Source: Eledone cirrhosa | Taxonomy: Eukaryota | DNA: 64,000 nucleotides | NCBI GenBank assembly: GCA_964016885.1 | Contig: OZ024750.1 | Location: 6,076,001 to 6,140,000 of the forward strand | Direction: 5' to 3' | In this document: positions 41,774 to 56,218 of the stretch, in pieces | How the letters are laid out: every line of letters starts with the position of its first letter | Position numbering within the stretch: the stretch's first letter is position 1 | Position numbers and translations under genes: made by a program | The notes under the pieces: model-generated | What the model was told of the DNA's origin: nothing | The model's input: the letters and a program-made list of their open reading frames with translations, nothing else | Database searches by the model: none

Positions 41774-41812
<39 letters not shown>

Positions 41813-41833
41813 CGTGTGTGTGTGTGAACGTGT

Positions 41834-41877
<44 letters not shown>

Positions 41878-41934
41878 TTAATTAGTCAGGAAATTAGTAG
41901 ACATGATGCTAAGCAAACAAGATGTAAAGTAAAA

Positions 41935-42420
41935 AGATGTATGTGTTGATATGTGTGTGTATTTATGTGTGTGTTCGTGTATGTGTTGATATGTGTGTGT
42001 ACGTATGTGTGTGTGCGTGTATGTGTTGATATGTGTGTGTATTTATGTGTGTGTGTGTGTATGTTGATATGTGTATGTATGTGTGTGTGCGTGTATGTGT
42101 TGATATGTGTGTATGTATGTGTGAGTGTGTATGTGTTGATATGTGTGTGTATGTATGTATGTGTGCGTATGTGTTGATATGTGTGTGTATTTATGTGTGT
42201 GTGTGTGCGTGTTGATATGTGTCTGTATGTATGTGTGTGTGTATGTGTTGATATGTGTGTGTATGTATGTGTGTGTATGTGTGTATGTGTTGATATGTGT
42301 GTGTATGTATATGTGTGTGTGTTGATATGTGTGTGTATGTTTGTGTGTGTGTGTGTATGTGTTGATATGTGTGTGTATGTATGTGTGTGTGTATGTGTTG
42401 ATATATGTATGTATGTGTGT
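41935..42420. repeat. (GT)-derived minisatellite, ~30 bp period anchored by GTTGAT
   Basis: GTGTTGATATGTGT recurs about 14 times. Confidence 0.85.
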
Positions 42421-42681
42421 GTGGAGAGAGAGAGAGGGGGGAGTGAGAGAGAGAGAATGACAGTGTGAATAAGAAGAGAGAGGAAGAGGGAGAGAGAGGG
42501 GTGTGAGAGAGAGAGAGAATGGCTGTGAATAAGAGGAGAGAGAAAGAAATAGAGAAAGAGGGGGATATATATAGTGATAGCATAAATAAGAGGAGAGCTG
42601 TGAGAGTAGCCGAGAGAGAGAGAAGGAGAGAGAGAGAGGGAGAGGGAGACAGTCTGAATAAGAGAAGGAGAGCTCAGAGTA

Positions 42682-42714
<33 letters not shown>

Positions 42715-43504
42715 GGGAGATGTGTAAATATATACTTGAGTATATTTGTTATCATTGACCAGTTATCGAATTGTTTAGACTAAATCAATTCTTTTATTCT
42801 TTGCAGAGATAGAGAGTGCAAAATGAAAGACTAAGTGACTGAGAGAGAGAGAGGGCAAAGAAAAAGACTAAGTGACAGAGAGGGAGATAGAGAGTTCAGA
42901 GAGAAAGATCAAGGGAGTGAGTGAGAGAGAGACAAAAAGAAAGATAGATGAATATAAATAGAAAGAAAGACGGTGTAAAGAAAGAGAAGTTTCCTCATAA
43001 TCTTCGTAAAAGTTTAATTGACAGCAACCGTTGTGTGTTTAATGATATCCAGTAAATTAAAATGGCAGCAGAACAATTATCCTTTTATGAGAATGATAAA
43101 TATAACGAGACAGAAAATATCGAATTGCTCTCCAAGCTCACCAGTCAGAATTTTATGACCAGATAGTAATATCCGGCATAGCAGAATGACTCTAACTAGC
43201 TGAGCTCACACACACATGTTACAATTACGTAGATTTCTAATTAATACAAAAATCACAATTCTATTACTACTTTAGGCTAGCTATATTTATTGTTTAAGGA
43301 GCGAGATTTACGTAATTCTCAGTGGAAATGGATAAAATTTAAAACTTGAAATATAATTTGATTGCACACTTTAGACCTAGCGATTAATATACAGTAGAAG
43401 ATTGTATTTTGAGTATAATTTCAATAGATATTATCGAAAATGAGAATAATAGCTTTATTTTTGGTACGTCTTTTTAAAATTATTCTTGAATAAATTCTTC
43501 TGTC

Positions 43505-43780
43505 TCACAAGAGACTAATCAGGTTGAAGTTTATCTCGGTTTCTTTGGTGTTACTTGAGAAAGTATAAAACTGCTCTCTGGAGAGGATAACAAACTTTTA
43601 CGGAACTAAACCCTAGCTTCTGTTGTTTAATACTCATTTCTTGTTAGCAGAATAGATGGGAGCAAACTTGAAACGAAGTATTTTGCTCAAAGAAAATCAA
43701 GTCCGAAAATCAAGTCCTCATCTCTGATATTTATAATCCTCAGCAGAAACCATACCAACTAGGCGACATGCCTTCACATT
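43505..43780 (-). mobile_element. Old, diverged tRNA-derived SINE of another family
   Basis: GAGCAAACTTGAAACGAAGTATTTTGCTCAA...CCAACTAGGCGACATGCCTTC resembles a reversed SINE head and central domain. Confidence 0.45.
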
Positions 43781-44736
43781 TCTCATTAAAGAGTGTACGT
43801 GTGTGTGGTGTGTATGTATGCATGCCTCTATGTATGTGTATGTATGTGTGTCTATGTATGTATGTATGTATGTGTACGTATGTGTGTCTATGTATGTATA
43901 TATGTGTGTATGTATGTGTATGTATGTATGTGTGTGTGGTGTGTATGTATGTAATGTAAGTGTGTCTGTGTGTGATGTGTATTTATTTATTCATTTAATC
44001 AATTTAAACGTCCGTATAGAGCTAGTAAACCATGACAGTCTATAGGAAGCATCGAGTACTTTTTACAGTTGAAATCAAAAAGAATTAGTAAGACAAGTAA
44101 TGAAAAGAAAAGAAATTAACGTGTATATATATATATATGTGTGTGTATGTGTGTGTGTGTGTGCGTGTGTGCGTGTGTGAGTGTGTGTGTGTCTGTGTAA
44201 TTAATCTAACGGAGTGTGAAGCATTAAATTAATAGAAACGCCAAATGATTACGGTGCATTCTGGGTGTTTCAAAGGTATCTTTATATAAATGTTATTTCT
44301 TAAGTGACTGTAAAGTAAATAGAAAATATAGACCGAAGCTGGCAATTCCTTTTGTAGAATAATATGACTGCTCTAGAAATTGAATGTTGCTCACATTATT
44401 TTGGAGAGAGTGCAAAATCAAAGACATTTTTAATCAACTAGTGACTCACTTTTATAAATTCATTGGTTTTTCTGCTATCATCGATATGCTATCAATCGAT
44501 ATATGTATACTGCATTGTATTAATGTTGTTTCTTTCTTAATAAATATCCCTCCCCCCCCCCGCCATCCCCGTCATCCTCCTACTTTCAACACTATTATGT
44601 GTGTTTCTGCTCTGCTACAAGTTAGCCCTAATCGTTTCTCAGCTGTTTCCCATTGTCCGTTTGGAAGGCAGAATTTTATTACTACAGTACACCAATTCTG
44701 CATAGAGACGATCGATATGTTGTCGATACTCTCACA

Positions 44737-44785
<49 letters not shown>

Positions 44786-44924
44786 ACACATACACACATA
44801 TATATATAGTTCTAGATCCATGTTACTAAGGTTCATAAACTCGAGTAACAGAAACCGATTACTAAATATATTCCTTCCATATACTGTACAATTGTGTTGT
44901 TATTTCTGTTTACCTTTTAAATAT

Positions 44925-45698
<774 letters not shown>

Positions 45699-45699
45699 G

Positions 45700-46270
45700 T
45701 TGCTCCAGCTGTTGTATAGATACATTTTAAACAATTGGAGTAATATTACGTGGTTGGCTGGGGTATGTGTTCAGCACGTGCTGTGTCATTGATGTCATAT
45801 ATCTAGTGTTGAACGGTTATAGTCTAGAATATATGTCGTGTAGTTTGTGTTATATTAATGGATAGCAATTGTGTAGAATGGAATATGGGAGTTAGAGGAA
45901 TTGTCAGTGTATTGGGTATCGATTATATAAGAGTGTATGTTGAGTTATTTTATTGGGTGGTGATTGTCCAGAGTATGTATTATATTGTTTGGCTGCGAAT
46001 TCTCTCGAGTTTATGTTATGGAAGTTGTGTTATTTTATTAGATAGGTATTATATAGTATATGTGTTATGTTAAGTTACTTCCTCGTTGAGGCTTCGTTTT
46101 TTTTATATTTTCATATTGATTGACGTCGAGATATTTGCTAGGTTTTTTATTTTACTTATTTAGACAATCTAGGTTTGGCTTCTGTTCATCTATTGTGATG
46201 TACCATCTATTCTATATTTAGTTAGTTGGTTGTTTTATTAATTCCACTGTTTTCCTTTTGAGTTTTTCTA
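45700..46270 (-). pseudogene. Decayed PLE C-terminal (GIY-YIG) region
   Basis: Minus strand 45766-45816 encodes [17 protein letters not shown], compare PLE endonuclease FxTRYxEH...SxxAxHxLxT. Confidence 0.4.
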
Positions 46271-46369
46271 AAGTAATGTGTTATTTATATTAAATCTCCC
46301 TTCGTTCGTATGTGGTTATATTGATATTGCTCTCAATTCATCGTCTTTCCCTCTAAATATGATACACAT

Positions 46370-46480
46370 CTTCTCTATCATGTTTGGGTGGGTCAGACAT
46401 GCTGATGATATTCTAAACGAAGAGTTATATAACTTTCACACTGAACTCTCATTATACCCACGCTATAAGATTCATTACAC
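46370..46480 (+). pseudogene. Penelope-like RT catalytic-motif fragment
   Basis: WVRHADDIL..ELYNFHTEL, then frameshifted HAIRF, compare PLE RT WxRYVDDIF...LxxFxxxLNxxHPxIKFT. Confidence 0.55.
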
Positions 46481-46589
46481 CTCTTAAACTCATCCGGTTA
46501 TATTTATATTTTGTTGGTGTTTTATCTATGAACATAGTTAAATGTGTTTAGATGCATGGGCTTATTATTTTAAATTTGGTTTGCTTTGT

Positions 46590-46675
<86 letters not shown>

Positions 46676-46688
46676 TATATATATATAA

Positions 46689-46719
<31 letters not shown>

Positions 46720-46762
46720 CACATATATATATATATATATATATATAAATATATATATATAA

Positions 46763-46846
<84 letters not shown>

Positions 46847-46895
46847 ATATACATATATATCAATCTACATATATATATATATATATATATCAATC

Positions 46896-46948
<53 letters not shown>

Positions 46949-46952
<4 letters not shown>

Positions 46953-47137
46953 TAATATAGAAATGATTTCTACAGGACTAGAACTGTTTAATTCGAAGGA
47001 AAACATCAGGGCTTTTCTAGTGATTTCCTTCGAATGAAACAGTTCTAGTCCAGTAGAAGCCATTACTATATTAATATTTATACGTTGCTATGTATTGAGT
47101 ACCTTACTTAGTGTGGTACACCCCATTGAACCCGGGA
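46949..47137 (+). mobile_element. Family B fold-back element
   Basis: Arms ~46949-47009 and 47017-47078; 3' end GTATTGAGTACCTTACTTA...ATTGAACCC as in the 11354 copy. Confidence 0.78.
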
Positions 47138-47176
47138 TACACACATACACACACACACATATATATATATGTCTCT

Positions 47177-47299
<123 letters not shown>

Positions 47300-48025
47300 A
47301 ACAAGGACCATCTAATAGCTTGCTGAAACAACCACCATTCGGGTGTGTGAGTTGTCCTGGTGTTTACCAAATTAAATACAATGCCCTTAATCTTAATTAT
47401 GTAACTCTCGCCGCCATATTAGGCGATATTGATGAATGTTTTACAATTAATCTTGTAAAATTATCCTGAAAAACTTGATATACTTTAGATATTATATGAA
47501 ATCAACTTTCATATATGAATAATCAAATCCAACGCGGATTTTATAATTATGAGTAATATTAAATTACATAGCATTTCACAAAATATTCACTTTAGGTTTT
47601 AAATATCTTTCAATTGTAAGCCAATTATATTGTTGAGACTTAAGTATCAGATATCTTATGTGTGATATCTTATATCATATTTCATTAGAAAATCCATATT
47701 TATTTTTGCTTCAACGTACAATGGGAGTATTAATTTTAGTAGTATTACAAATATATATACGTATGCAAGCATCACAAATAGAGGGTGATGGGGCGAGAAG
47801 AATGTATTGTGGGGGTGGATGTGATTTACTCCTCAAGTCTCTCACTTTTGACTGGGTGCTTTTGATGTTTCTGCTTTGGTGAGTATGATATATAAAAGGA
47901 CCCAAACCCTAAATTGTCTAGACCGTATACCTGCTTAGCTAACCAGATGCGGTTAGAAACAAGGAAGTCAACTGTTGAACAAGGATTAAAATAAAACATA
48001 TAAACTTTAAACATTACTATATATA

Positions 48026-48215
48026 GGCAGTGGATTGGCAGTATCGGTAGAGGGTCGGACGCCATGCTTTGCAACAGTGAGTTACGGCCCTTTACGGTCT
48101 GGGTTAAAATCCCGCCGAGGTTAACTTTGCCTTTCATCCTTACGGGGTCGATAAAATAAAATACCCGTAATACACTGGGATAATTGCTGGCCTTGTGCCA
48201 AAAGTAGAAACAATT
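48026..48215 (+). mobile_element. tRNA-derived SINE, full length
   Basis: Matches main family; ATTAMTATATAT flanks. Confidence 0.9.
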
Positions 48216-48251
48216 AATATATATTGTTGGATTTGCAGAATTGGTAGTCTG

Positions 48252-48318
<67 letters not shown>

Positions 48319-48321
<3 letters not shown>

Positions 48322-48698
48322 GATAACAAGGTATCGCTTTAGGTAATCCAGTTAGGCTGTGAGAACTCTGAACTATGGATAGCTTTAACGTACGGCATTG
48401 TTTGACTCAACAAGAGGTTTCCTTAGTTAGGTTCCGAATTTGCGAGAATTTCCCTGCAAATTTTTCTTGGAGTAATAGTAGTGAAGAGTGAAGAACAACA
48501 TGGTCGGCTGTACAAAAAGGGTTTTATTTATCGACCTTAAATACATTGTACGTCTCTGATCAAATCATCGGGATACTCGGGTCGAGTGACGCAATTTCAA
48601 GTGATCAGCGGCCTTTAGACTCACCTGATCAATGAAACAATTGGTAATACTGTAAATAAAACCCTTTTGTACAGCCGACCATGTTATTCTTCAATCTT

Positions 48699-48704
<6 letters not shown>
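48319..48704. mobile_element. pLTR-like inverted element containing a hammerhead split between strands
   Basis: IR at 48479-48530 and 48653-48704; HHR 5' half on minus 48556-48577, 3' half on plus 48625-48651. Confidence 0.7.
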
Positions 48705-48740
<36 letters not shown>

Positions 48741-49270
48741 ATTAAATATAACACACACACAGAGGCTATTTTTTATTATTATTTTACTGGTTTCAAACAT
48801 TAGACCGCGGCTATTGTTGTATGCATTGAACTACAATTAACAGTTAGATTAATTAATCCCAGTAAGCTATTAGATTTAGAAACTTTAGAGACCTTTTAGA
48901 GATCTTTAGTGAATAACAACGTTTTGATCTGAAATTATTAATCTGTGTATATCGTATCGTGCAACATAACGTGAATGGAAATTCCATTTATGTCTTCTAG
49001 GCTTATTCACTTTTCATATACGAGGAATCGCTACGCCACTCTAATTCCTTAATCTGGTTTCTTTTCTGTATGTCTATAGACGAAGCTGAGTGCATCACAA
49101 CACCATAAGTGCAACATGGTATAACTATGTGACCTCTATACCTCAGGGCATCGATCCAATGATCCATCTATTTATTGATTAGTTTCTGGTACCTCCACAC
49201 AAACACCTAATCACACAGACACAAACACCTAATCACACACCTAGTCACACACACACACACACACACACAT

Positions 49271-49320
<50 letters not shown>

Positions 49321-49348
49321 ATATAAGTGTGTGTATGCATATAAATAA

Positions 49349-49371
<23 letters not shown>

Positions 49372-49379
<8 letters not shown>

Positions 49380-49510
49380 TAACAGATTACAGTTTAAGCA
49401 AAGAATCGCTGCTTTCACCCTTAACGGGATCTTCTGAAACTGTTTCAGAAGATCCCGTTAAGGGTGAAAGCAGCAATTCTTTGCTTAAACTGTAATCTAT
49501 TATTTTGATA
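49372..49510. mobile_element. Family D end X as a fold-back (69 bp arms, 1 nt apex at 49441)
   Basis: ...GGGATCTTCTGAAAC-T-GTTTCAGAAGATCCC... Confidence 0.85.
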
Positions 49511-49907
49511 AACATTTTGATAAATATATACGTGTATGTGTGTGTGTGTGTGTCGGTGTATATACATGTGTGTACGTGTGTGTATGTGTATATACGTGTG
49601 TGTGTGTCTATACGTGCGCGTACGTGTGTGTGTGTGTGTAAGTGATTGTTACGACGATTCTATTCCCCTATCTGTCGTCAGTAGGGTCCATCCCTCACCA
49701 CCTGCCTTCCATATTTCAGACCTACCTCATGCATTGGCATGTTCTCCTTATCGTGTTAACCTCAGTCAGTAACATTGTATTTACACCTGTTGTGTTAAAC
49801 AGACCAACTATTTTGTCAATCCTTTGTTCTCTCCACACACACAGCTACACTGATCACTCAATTTCTCTATTGCTACTCTCTTATCAGATATAATGCCGTA
49901 GCTACAT

Positions 49908-50001
49908 TTGGCACAAGGCCAGCAATTACCCCAGTGTATTACTGGTACTTTATTTTATCGACGCCGTAAGGATGAAAGGCAAAGTTAACCTCGGCTGGAT
50001 T
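49908..50001 (-). mobile_element. 5'-truncated SINE with perfect 17 bp TSD
   Basis: TAATGCCGTAGCTACAT at 49891 and 50002. Confidence 0.9.
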
Positions 50002-50121
50002 TAATGCCGTAGCTACATGAAAATAGGTGTTTCACTTTGTTTATCCTTGAATTCTGAATTCTGGACGGTCTATTGACACGATAACTGAAATAGTTTCTGA
50101 TATACATTCTATCATTATATT

Positions 50122-50215
<94 letters not shown>

Positions 50216-51721
50216 CAAAAGATATATTCGCAGGCATGGATGTGTGTTGCATATGTATCTGCTTGTGTGCATGTATGTATCAGAAACGACTCTTTGAAGG
50301 AAATTCTCCACGAGTAAAATGAATATAAGAAATATGTAGTAATTAAAATATTTTTAAAATAATTATAATCAAACATTAACTAATTAAATAATTATTTTAG
50401 TAGTTATCAGTAACAGCAATGAAATCTTTCAAATTCTCAGGATATTCTGAAAATTTGATTACCCAGGTAATATTATCTGATTATTTAGTTAACGTAATCA
50501 ACTATAGGTGAGTCGTATTATATAAGACTGCAAGAGGATTGTAGCACACAATACCATGTGCGTTAAAACATTTATAAGTCCTTGTTTTACAGAAGAAAAA
50601 ATTATTACACTATCTTAAATTGAAAAGGTTTTATTGAAAACATGAAAATAGAATATCTGTAATTTTTAAAACCTCATTTAGTACTAAGTTTCATTTAAAC
50701 TTCATTTTATTTCCGCCTAATGTTATATCTACTCCCTTCGGAATAGTGGCTGGTCTAATATACCTGTTTTTCTTCTGGTCAGTATATCCTTTTTATGTAA
50801 AATGCATGTGAATATGTATGTGTCGGTATTAATGATTGATGCGTCCTTGTGATAAGTTTTTATCCACCGTGTATTTCGTGATGTGTTTGTGTAAAGGACC
50901 ATTATATACTTAAACTTATTTTTAAGGATCTGATTTTGATAGCAATGAAACCCTTTCTCTTTGAGTCGTGGCTTATTTGGTTCAGTTAGCAAAGCTCCAT
51001 TGCAATAGAATACGCTACACATTCGTTGCATGATTCAATCAACATCGCAGGTGCAATGGCATTTATTGTCTTAAAATTAAAAAAACAAAACAAAAAAAAA
51101 ACGGTGTGTGGAATTGTGGAAAAAATCCCTGACAGGATATAGGAAATTGGTTTTTATTAGCAAAACCTAAAGACCGGACAGATATCTTCTGTCTGACGTA
51201 CTTCATTGTTATTTAGGCTTCCTGGATTGCAAACGGAAATTCCCTTGGTTGATTTGAAAACTATGTTGTTGAAGTGTCCTAAACGCATTGTATATTGGTA
51301 TGGAGTAGAATGGCAGCATATGTTCTTTCTTGACCTTTATTTACTACCCTCTGCTGTGGTAAGGTTCTTATCACATTTAAAGCATTTTACTCGCCGTACA
51401 CGAACTGTATATCTTTGAATCACCAATTGGATTATTCATGTTATAAGAATGAATTGATGTATGCAAGTTGTAAACTAGATCCTTCAGTCAAAAATAATAT
51501 ATATGCAAATTACTAAATTTTAGACAAGACTTAGAAAACGGTAATTTAAACATGACATTTAAATTATTTAAAAATATTTGATTAATGGTGTTGCAATAGC
51601 TGTTGGTGTGGGTGAGGAACTAAACGGCTCCGATAGAATTTGATGAGGTCCGTCAAAAGTGAAGGAAATTGTTGATAGAGGGTGGTAATCGGCTGAAGTC
51701 AACATTAAATGAAGGGCACAT

Positions 51722-51822
51722 ATGGAACGCTAGTCCTTCATCAGTAGAAAGAATGAGAAATAAGATAGATTGAAGGGATGGGCGGGGTGGAATTGGAAAA
51801 AAGATGTCTTTAGATAGCAGGT

Positions 51823-51826
<4 letters not shown>
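51722..51826 (-). mobile_element. Family A fragment with intact CTGATGA
   Basis: Minus strand TTTCTACTGATGAAGGACTAGCGTTCC. Confidence 0.75.
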
Positions 51827-51856
<30 letters not shown>

Positions 51857-51858
<2 letters not shown>

Positions 51859-52048
51859 CGAAGGAAGTGTGATAAGGAACCAGGTGGACCATAACGCACC
51901 AGAGTACTCGATAATTTGGGTAGTGGAGTGGGTAATAGGAAAGGAGTCAGGACGACTGAGCTCCGGCCGTTTCGACAGCTAGATCTGAACTGTTCAGATC
52001 TAGCTGTTGAAACGGCCGGAGCTCAGCCGTCGGGGTCCTGACTCCTTT

Positions 52049-52052
<4 letters not shown>
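51857..52052 (-). mobile_element. Family C (subfamily) fold-back element
   Basis: Arms 51936-51990 and 51992-52052, apex GAAC-T-GTTC; (TA)n on both sides. Confidence 0.8.
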
Positions 52053-52134
<82 letters not shown>

Positions 52135-52138
52135 ATAT

Positions 52139-52266
52139 GGAAAACGAAGAATCAGTGATGCATCGGAACACAATTTATTACGTATTACAAATGTTTCTCC
52201 GGCGAACAGCTTGAGGTGCGATTTTTTTGTGGATCGAACCTGACTCTGGATTCGCACGTTCCTCCT
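52139..52266 (-). mobile_element. Truncated pLTR-like end with HHR 3' half
   Basis: Minus strand GAAAC-ATTT-GTA (52186-52197) followed by AATAAA; same stem III as 10209. Confidence 0.45.
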
Positions 52267-52769
52267 ATATATATATATTGAAATATATTACGTGCACCAG
52301 GTAAATGCACGCACTGACACGTAACGTCATTGATAAACACGAAAATAATGAAAACGAATAACTAATGTGATGATGAAGTGGTAAAGGATAAATGCGGAGG
52401 TGGATGTGAAAAACAAACAAAGCAGGTTACTCAAATTTGATAACAAGCAGAACAGATATACGTTTGCTTTCATATATTCATATCACCATTTATAGATAAT
52501 TCACTATTACAACATATATACATTGGCACACACAAACTGAATATAAAAAAACCCTCGAACCTGATGTAATAATATAGTGCTAAAACGCACCTAAATACAT
52601 ATACATTCGTATTTTAATATTTGTACTGGTGTATATGTATGTATTTGTGTATACACTCCACCTTTATACAAGCACACGCACACACACACATATATATACA
52701 TAATAAATATGTATATAACATAGATATATATAATAAATAAATAAATATATATATATAATATATATGTAA

Positions 52770-52822
<53 letters not shown>

Positions 52823-54321
52823 GGAAAATGAGTGGAGGGATGTGAGAATGTGAGAATGAAAGAAACTATCTTATCTGAAATTAAACAGCATCCTAACAAA
52901 CCTGACTTGTTTCCATCAAACATAAGTACAAATACATTTAACTGCACATAAAAACACACACACGCATACAGATACATTTACAACACACACGCGTGCAATA
53001 CACACACATATACAACCACATACGTAAAAACTTCATTAAGTACGTTAGTGAATGGAAAATAATTCTGTCTTACACACATGTTGGTATCTATAAATTTAGA
53101 TTCATATTAGAGCATATTTCAAGATTCTCAACATACTATCACATCGCAGAAACTCTAAATTTGGAGATACAGCACACCCCTCTATATGCTGATATATCCA
53201 CACCAAATTTTAAAACCCACTAACTTCTCACGCTCTTGTCCCTTATAATTTAGACCTATTGTGGCATCACTGATTCAAAAAAATAGCATTAGTTTGGCTG
53301 GCAATCAAATGTAATTATAATCAGGTGACTTCATATAAAAGTAACAACATTGATGCTAGTAAAATATGAGCTGATACCAAAGCCACCAGGTATTCCTTAA
53401 ATCACTTTATTTCAGAATGAACTCAAAACTTAAAGCATTGGATAAGGAATGTAACTGATCTAGCTATAGAAGCAGTAACATTTCTGGATTGAGCTCGGAA
53501 AAACTTAAAGCAGAGCTTTTTTATAGTTCCCAGAAAGGAGGTCTTATGAAAATTCCTTTCAGAGATTCACTGGGTAACACTGAATTTTGACTTTAGTTTT
53601 CCTTCGTTCTAGTTGTTAAGAATTTTCTTCGTTAGCATAAGATAAACAACTGTTCTGAATTAGTGGAGGTTATACTCTTCATTTTAATAAGATTGGTTGT
53701 TCTATTGCACCAGGGACCTGTCCCTCCATAGTCACTTATATTGCCTTACAGAAACGTTTGTTGATTTAGTTATATATGCAGGGAGGCTATATTTTATCAG
53801 CAGTTTATGAAACGAATTGAATACAGTTACTAAATTAAAGGGAAACTTCAGAAGAACTGATCAGGTAAATCACAATCTAGAAAGTCCTATAAAAGAGGAT
53901 TCTTGTGTTAAATGGCTGGCCATTTCATATGGTTAATCCGTACTGTTCAGTTACGATTACTATATATTCTAAAACAGTGCACTCACAGCTTGTGCACTGA
54001 CATAAACTGATCTTGGAAATATGGCTGATTTGTATTATATTAATAGCATTAATATTTCGACATAAAATGTATTTTACGAATGTTATTCAGAGTTCATAAT
54101 GATGGAACTTCTATAGACTGTCGGGGAATTAGAAAATCACTTACTTGCTTGTTTAACTATTTTCTATTTTTGTTTAACTATCTTTTATTTTTGTTCGACA
54201 GGCTGCTAAGTGCAGCTAGCTTGGACTAGCCAAGCGGTAAACTGGCAGTGTGGTCAATTATTGGTCATGTCACGCCTGCTCAGGCTAAATAAAAGAGTTT
54301 ATATATATATATATATATATA

Positions 54322-54469
54322 AGTAGATTCTGTGTATGGTGAACTAACTGTTGAGTTTCTACTTCTACCAAACTCGTCCCATGGATTGAGTGCTCTACCA
54401 CTACGGATATTACCTTCCAGTGTTCTACCTTTATATATATATATATATATATATATAAAGGTAGAACAT
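54322..54469 (+). mobile_element. pLTR-like 3' end (family G) with a short inverted copy across (TA)n
   Basis: GTATGGTGAACTAACTGTTG shared with 58040; TGTTCTACCTT-(TA)n-AAGGTAGAACA. Confidence 0.55.
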
Positions 54470-55041
54470 ATATATATATATATACATACATATATATACT
54501 CTTTATGACGTCTCCTCTATATCACTAGTATTTACTCTATGGTCTTCGAAGGCGTTAAAGTTTACTATAGCAGGATTTGAAATCAGATATCAGAACTTTT
54601 GTCAAGTGGCTCATTGAAAGATATATTGAAAAGTATCCGTACTTATAGTTGTACATACTTGTAGTTTACACAATACTGCAATTATAATTATAACCTGTGT
54701 TCAGTGCAAATTATAACTATTATGTCGGAAGACGTAGTAATAAGTACGTGTACTAAATGTATAATACCATATAAAGTTAAGGGATTAGAAATGGAGAATG
54801 TGATATCCTCTTTAACAGTAATACACTTGAAATTCAGTACCGTTGTCTCCAAACCATGGAAGTAAAGTTCCGAGTAGCAACTATTTAAGTTATCAGTTTA
54901 TAAGAAATTTATTTATGTTCTAAAAGTTATGTTTAAATATTTATATATTTACAACTTGAAATAGTCATTCGCGTTTCTTGGAAATACAACTGGAAAGTAA
55001 ACATGTGACGATAAGGGGTTGGTAATATATATATACACTTG

Positions 55042-55077
<36 letters not shown>

Positions 55078-55079
55078 AG

Positions 55080-55132
<53 letters not shown>

Positions 55133-55133
55133 G

Positions 55134-55231
<98 letters not shown>

Positions 55232-55240
55232 CATTTGGTA

Positions 55241-55276
<36 letters not shown>

Positions 55277-55279
<3 letters not shown>

Positions 55280-55514
55280 GTGTTTCCGTAGGAAAGGTAA
55301 AGGAAAAGAGAGTGCTCTATGTAGGCTACAGAGCTTTTTAGTTATGTAATAAGCAACATAAGATAATTATTTCATTTACCAAAGGTTTCACGAAGACTGA
55401 CGAGCCTGACACAGACGTCTGACTTCGATCGTCAGACGTCTGTGTCAGGCTCGTCAGTCTTCGTGAAACCTTTGGTAAATGAAATAATTATCTTATGTTG
55501 TTTATTACATAACT
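55277..55514. mobile_element. Fold-back element, 84 bp arms, with HHR 3' half
   Basis: Arms 55340-55423 and 55431-55514 with one mismatch; GAAA-CC-TTT-GG-TA at 55465-55477. Confidence 0.8.
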
Positions 55515-55535
55515 CTCTCTCTCTCTCTCTCTCTC

Positions 55536-55591
<56 letters not shown>

Positions 55592-55600
55592 CATTTAGAA

Positions 55601-55641
<41 letters not shown>

Positions 55642-55823
55642 CATTTATGTCTGAATTCCCGAAATGTGAACAAAACAAACAACTTATATGAAAATACTGG
55701 AACATTCGGATGAATATTGGGGCAATAATTTCTTCGACCTGAATTATGAACATAACTGGGGAACTCTAGACACATCAATGTAAGGTCTTAACAATCGTAC
55801 ACTAGAAGTGTATGTTATATTAG

Positions 55824-56218
55824 AATTGTTTCTACGTATGGCACAAGGCCAGCAATTACTCCAGTACATTACTGATACTTTAATTTATTGACCCTGTAAG
55901 GTTGAAAGGTAAAGTGAGCCTCGGCGGGATTTAAACTCAGACCGTAAAGGGACGTAACTATGCTAGAAAGCATCGCGTCTGACCCTCTACCTATACTGCC
56001 AATCCACACCCCATGTTATATTATAATAATTGTTTCTACTTGAGGCACAAGGCCAGCAATTATTCCAGTGTATTACTGGTACTTTATTTTATCGACCCCG
56101 TAAGGATGAAAGGCAAAGTCAACCTCGGCAGGATTTGAACTCAGACCATAAAGGGGCGTAACTCTTTGCTGCAAAGCATGGCATCCGACCCTCTACCGAT
56201 ACTGCCAATCCACATCCC
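55824..56218 (-). mobile_element. Two full-length SINE copies in tandem
   Basis: 55824-56012 and 56028-56218, bounded by ATGTTATATTA-like repeats at 55813, 56013 and 56219. Confidence 0.9.

Noticed and set aside
54180-54245. Isolated splice-like signals (acceptors at 54201, 31052 and 42806; donor at 63911)
   Set aside because: No consistent open exon chain could be assembled.
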